Source: Flaccisagitta enflata (taxonomy: Eukaryota). From it: a stretch of 64,000 nt of DNA. The DNA lies in the NCBI GenBank assembly GCA_965153355.1, contig OZ231126.1, forward strand, positions 10,416,001-10,480,000. Reading direction: 5' to 3'. Made by a program: the position numbers and the translations under genes. Below the pieces are notes generated by a model. The model was not told the DNA's origin. It saw only the letters and a program-made list of their open reading frames with translations, and did not search any database. Below, piece after piece: positions 60,376 to 64,000 of this stretch. The first letter of the stretch is position 1. Each line of letters opens with the position of its first letter.

Positions 60376-63185
60376 CTAGTCTCTCACTGCATTACACAAT
60401 CATAATTTCTTTCTGGTTCGTCACGCTATTTTACACACCTTTCAAATGTTATTGTTGCATGTTTTTACATAAAATTACAGGCCTTGTTAACGCGGTTCAC
60501 GGTCTTCTATCTCATTACAATCCTGCTTCACTGTCTTAGGGTAAAGCAAATGCTGTACTACGAGTTTGTTTGTCTAAAATGATACATATTCTTAACTACA
60601 ACCCGCCATGACAGCAATCCGATGTACCATGCTGATAAATTACATTGAAGAAAAGCTAAATACCTGGTAGTCGGATTACAGATATCGCAGACCATCGGTA
60701 CGGCCAAATGCGCTCCAAGTAGAATCAGCTAACACCAGCGTCCTTCCGGTTGAGAATTCACAGACGCGTCAGAAAGAAATTTCAGCTTCCACTAGCTGAC
60801 ACAAAATTCGGCTTTTGTCAAGACTTCACAGAACTTAGCAACAATTTGCTTGACTCATTTGTAATGCGATTAGCATGTTCTAGCTAGCTCCAACGTTCTT
60901 TGGGTTACGATAAGCTACAGTAGGATTTGTGCAAAAACAGCCCAAATTAGAGAAAGGTATTTGCACATCTTTATTCTTATAAGATATTTAAAACAAATTG
61001 GTGATTTTAAAGACAAAAGGTCGCATGCGAGACTTTCAAAATGACTTAGAATGACTTAATGTGACTTAAGAAAATAAAATTTGATAAAAAAGTAAGTGTG
61101 AGGGACCAACAAACAGACAGACTGACTGACAAATAGACATACGGATATAATGGGGTGTAGAGTTGCGCGCACGCGACTAAAACTATTTAAAGTCGCGTGT
61201 ACGCAACTTTACACCTTGCTCTGTCAGTTGGTTGGTCGGTTGGTCCATCGCTTGGTCGGTCCATCCATCTGTAACATCCTTTAAATTTTGATAGTTTTTT
61301 TACGTTTTTAATGTTTTTTAACTTACATTTTTTAATATTTCTTTAATATTTTACTCTTAATGGTTTTTAACATTTTTTAACATATTCTAACATCCTTTAA
61401 CATGTTTTTGCTCTCTAGTTTGTCATTTCCGGATGCACGCGACTGTTGCCCTCTTGGGCTTTTATCGTTATCCATAACTGCTTCACTACTTATATCTTGA
61501 ACCAATATTCTGCAAGAACACTGCTCAAAACCAAATTAACAATATCTTTACCAAGATATATTCCTTATGAAAACAGTTGCTAGGTAGCATTTTGCTATTA
61601 CTAGGTGAAATACTCTCTAGGAATAGCTGAATAAAGGATATTCTCACAAAACACTAGAAAATCTCAACAAATTTAATTTCAGTTTCTACAGACTAGATTC
61701 CTGTGGCACATCTGTTCTTTATAGTGATGAGCAATCAAAAAAATCATTCTTTTTTTTCAATACATCCAATACTCGCAGTGGCAACCATCAATTTACAAAC
61801 TTTCACTTTGATCAAAATATTTATCAAATTTATACTTACTCCCAATCTTTGTTAAAAAGCTTCCTCTAAATATGCATAATTGCATCAAATTAAAACATTC
61901 CCCAGTTTGGGCGGTTTTTGGACAAACCTTACTTTAGCCGCATTCAAAACATGATGAAATCGACACAAAGATTTGACACAGAAACCGTCAAAAGAAATTT
62001 TTCCCACGCAACTACACGAGTGTACACATCAATAGAAAAGTTAGTTCTTCACAGTTGTAGTATCAAAACATTCCCAAGGTAATGTATGTAAACAATACAT
62101 TAGATACAAATGGCAAATATAACGATACGAAACCATGACGCTTCATTTTTGAAAATTCAAGATTCGTAATAAGCGACTTGAATATATGCGTACACGTATC
62201 TCTATGAGAGGCGTTGGTCCGTCCGCAATGCTAGTTTAAAGCATCGTTACCAGTAATGGCGGCTGTCGCCGTGAGGAAAAAAGTCGTAAGCATTGGTCAC
62301 TTTTCATTAAGCTTTTGTCTTTAGTTACTGCAAATCTTTTTTTTTTATTAGATCAAATCAAGCGCAATCGTATGTATTGAATGCACTGAAAATCAAGAGA
62401 AAAATAGGACTGAGTCAAATGAGCTAGATGAGCTAAAATGCTCATAATCACTCAACCAGACAATCAACTATGCTTACTGACATGCTTTCGTGTACTTACA
62501 TGCTCCCATCAAAACATTTATTTATCCCATTAAAAATCAGAAAAAAAAAGACTGAGTTAGATCTAAAATGCTTAAAAACACCCTCACAGAGGAGCATTTA
62601 TGCTCACTGATATGCTTTTTCGTATCTGCTTTCTTAAACATGTATAAAAATATCTATTCATTTATCACATTTAAACTTTTTTAAAAAATGAGCTAAATGA
62701 GCTAAATGAGCTAGAATCCTCCAAAACACCCTCACAGATGAGCAGCTATGCTCATAAACATGTTATCTTGTATTTGCATGCTCAAACAAACATAAATACA
62801 CTTCTTTTTTGATCCTACTCAAAATCATAAAAAATCGAAAAAAATTCAATTTAAAATTTTCATAAATCTTTAAAAAGTCATAACGCGAAAAATATTTGTC
62901 ATAAGAGCATTCTGCTTGGCACCAAATGAAAGAGAATTATTGAATTTACTTACCCTATCAATTTCATTGGAGGGCCCATTCGGTCGGTGGAGATTCCCAA
63001 CTTCCTCATAAGAAAATGAAAACCCTATTTCTCTCGAATATGTCAAAAAAGACTGACTTCGACTTTTTTCCCGACCATTACTAAGTTTGAACGCATGCAA
63101 GTCAATGGAAAGATATTCAGATTTACTACTCAAGGTCGCTCATGAATTGAATGAAGCAAATTTCGTTTCAGTTCCCATTTAGTTT

Positions 63186-63381
63186 TCATTTTTTCTTTCC
63201 GGTGGTTATGTTTTGAATCATGGAAATCATGGCCGCGTGTTGGCCCAGCTTATCTTCGAGTTCCGCGTTGAGCTTCTCTTTCTCAGCCAAGTTGGCCTCC
63301 TGTTTCTCAACCACAACGCGTAGGGAGGATAACTGATGCTTTTGATCCTTGTTGGCCCGCTCCAAAGCGTCCAGTTTTTTC
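63186..63381 (-). CDS. Terminal exon of a convergent coiled-coil protein gene
   Basis: ttttccacag| acceptor; KKLDALERANKDQKHQLSSLRVVVEKQEANLAEKEKLNAELEDKLGQHAAMISMIQNITTGKKK*; heptad pattern. Confidence 0.75.
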
Positions 63382-64000
63382 CTGTGGAAAAGCAACTTGT
63401 GTGTCATACATATCAGTGATATGATAACACTTATACATGGCCGCGTCTTTTATCTGAACCCATCTTAAGAGACACATTGTTAAGGTGTTTCCAGATGTGT
63501 CTTTTGTTTATAATTTAGATAACACGACACGTGTCTTAACTTTAGATGCAGATGTTTAGACTTTACATGGTTGAGGTGTCTTCAGATGACACATAAACAG
63601 ACACACATAGACAGACACAGACAAACACAGACACAGACAAACACAGACAAACACAGACACAGACAAACACAGACACAGACAAACACAGACAAACACAAAC
63701 ACAGACACAGACAAACACAGCCACAGACAAACACAGCCACACAAACACACATATATACACACACACATATATACACACACACATATATACACACACACAC
63801 ACACCAAGCCCGACCGGGCAACGATTCGTCCGGGCTGTGTCTCTGCGTGTATTGAACATGTGACATAAATGGAGAGACAGACGGACAACCAGATAGATGA
63901 AACGACAAGAGTAGTAAAGGGGGTTCTCAAAACATGGTCGTCGATCATTTGATTCGGTATAGAATCTCATCGTGGCCAAAAACAGACGAGAAACGCGATT

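Overview
Repeat-rich, AT-rich eukaryotic (invertebrate-animal-like) genomic window; nothing here looks prokaryotic. The main host gene is a plus-strand spliced gene of about 46 kb (11 predicted coding exons, 14116-60375, about 673 aa). It encodes an ephexin-type DH-PH-SH3 RhoGEF whose DH domain appears to lack canonical exchange residues. The last exon of a convergent coiled-coil gene lies at the right end. The left end holds an R4/Dong-like restriction-endonuclease (RLE) non-LTR retrotransposon beside an (AAT/AAC)n tract and an orphan OTU-protease fragment. The 22-kb second intron of the RhoGEF contains a nested stack: an L2/CR1-group LINE whose ORF1 is split by a 10.7-kb Academ-like DNA transposon (3-bp TSD, ~2.3-kb inverted arms, XPG-like nuclease plus Cys-rich finger relic), which itself carries Helentron-type non-autonomous elements (HINEs) with minisatellites. 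The window also has many MITEs with clean TSDs (TA, 4-bp, 8-bp), one with RSS-like CACAGTG ends, a cassette bounded by inverted telomere-like arrays, and candidate antisense exons nested in introns. All family assignments come from reading motifs by eye; no database search was run.
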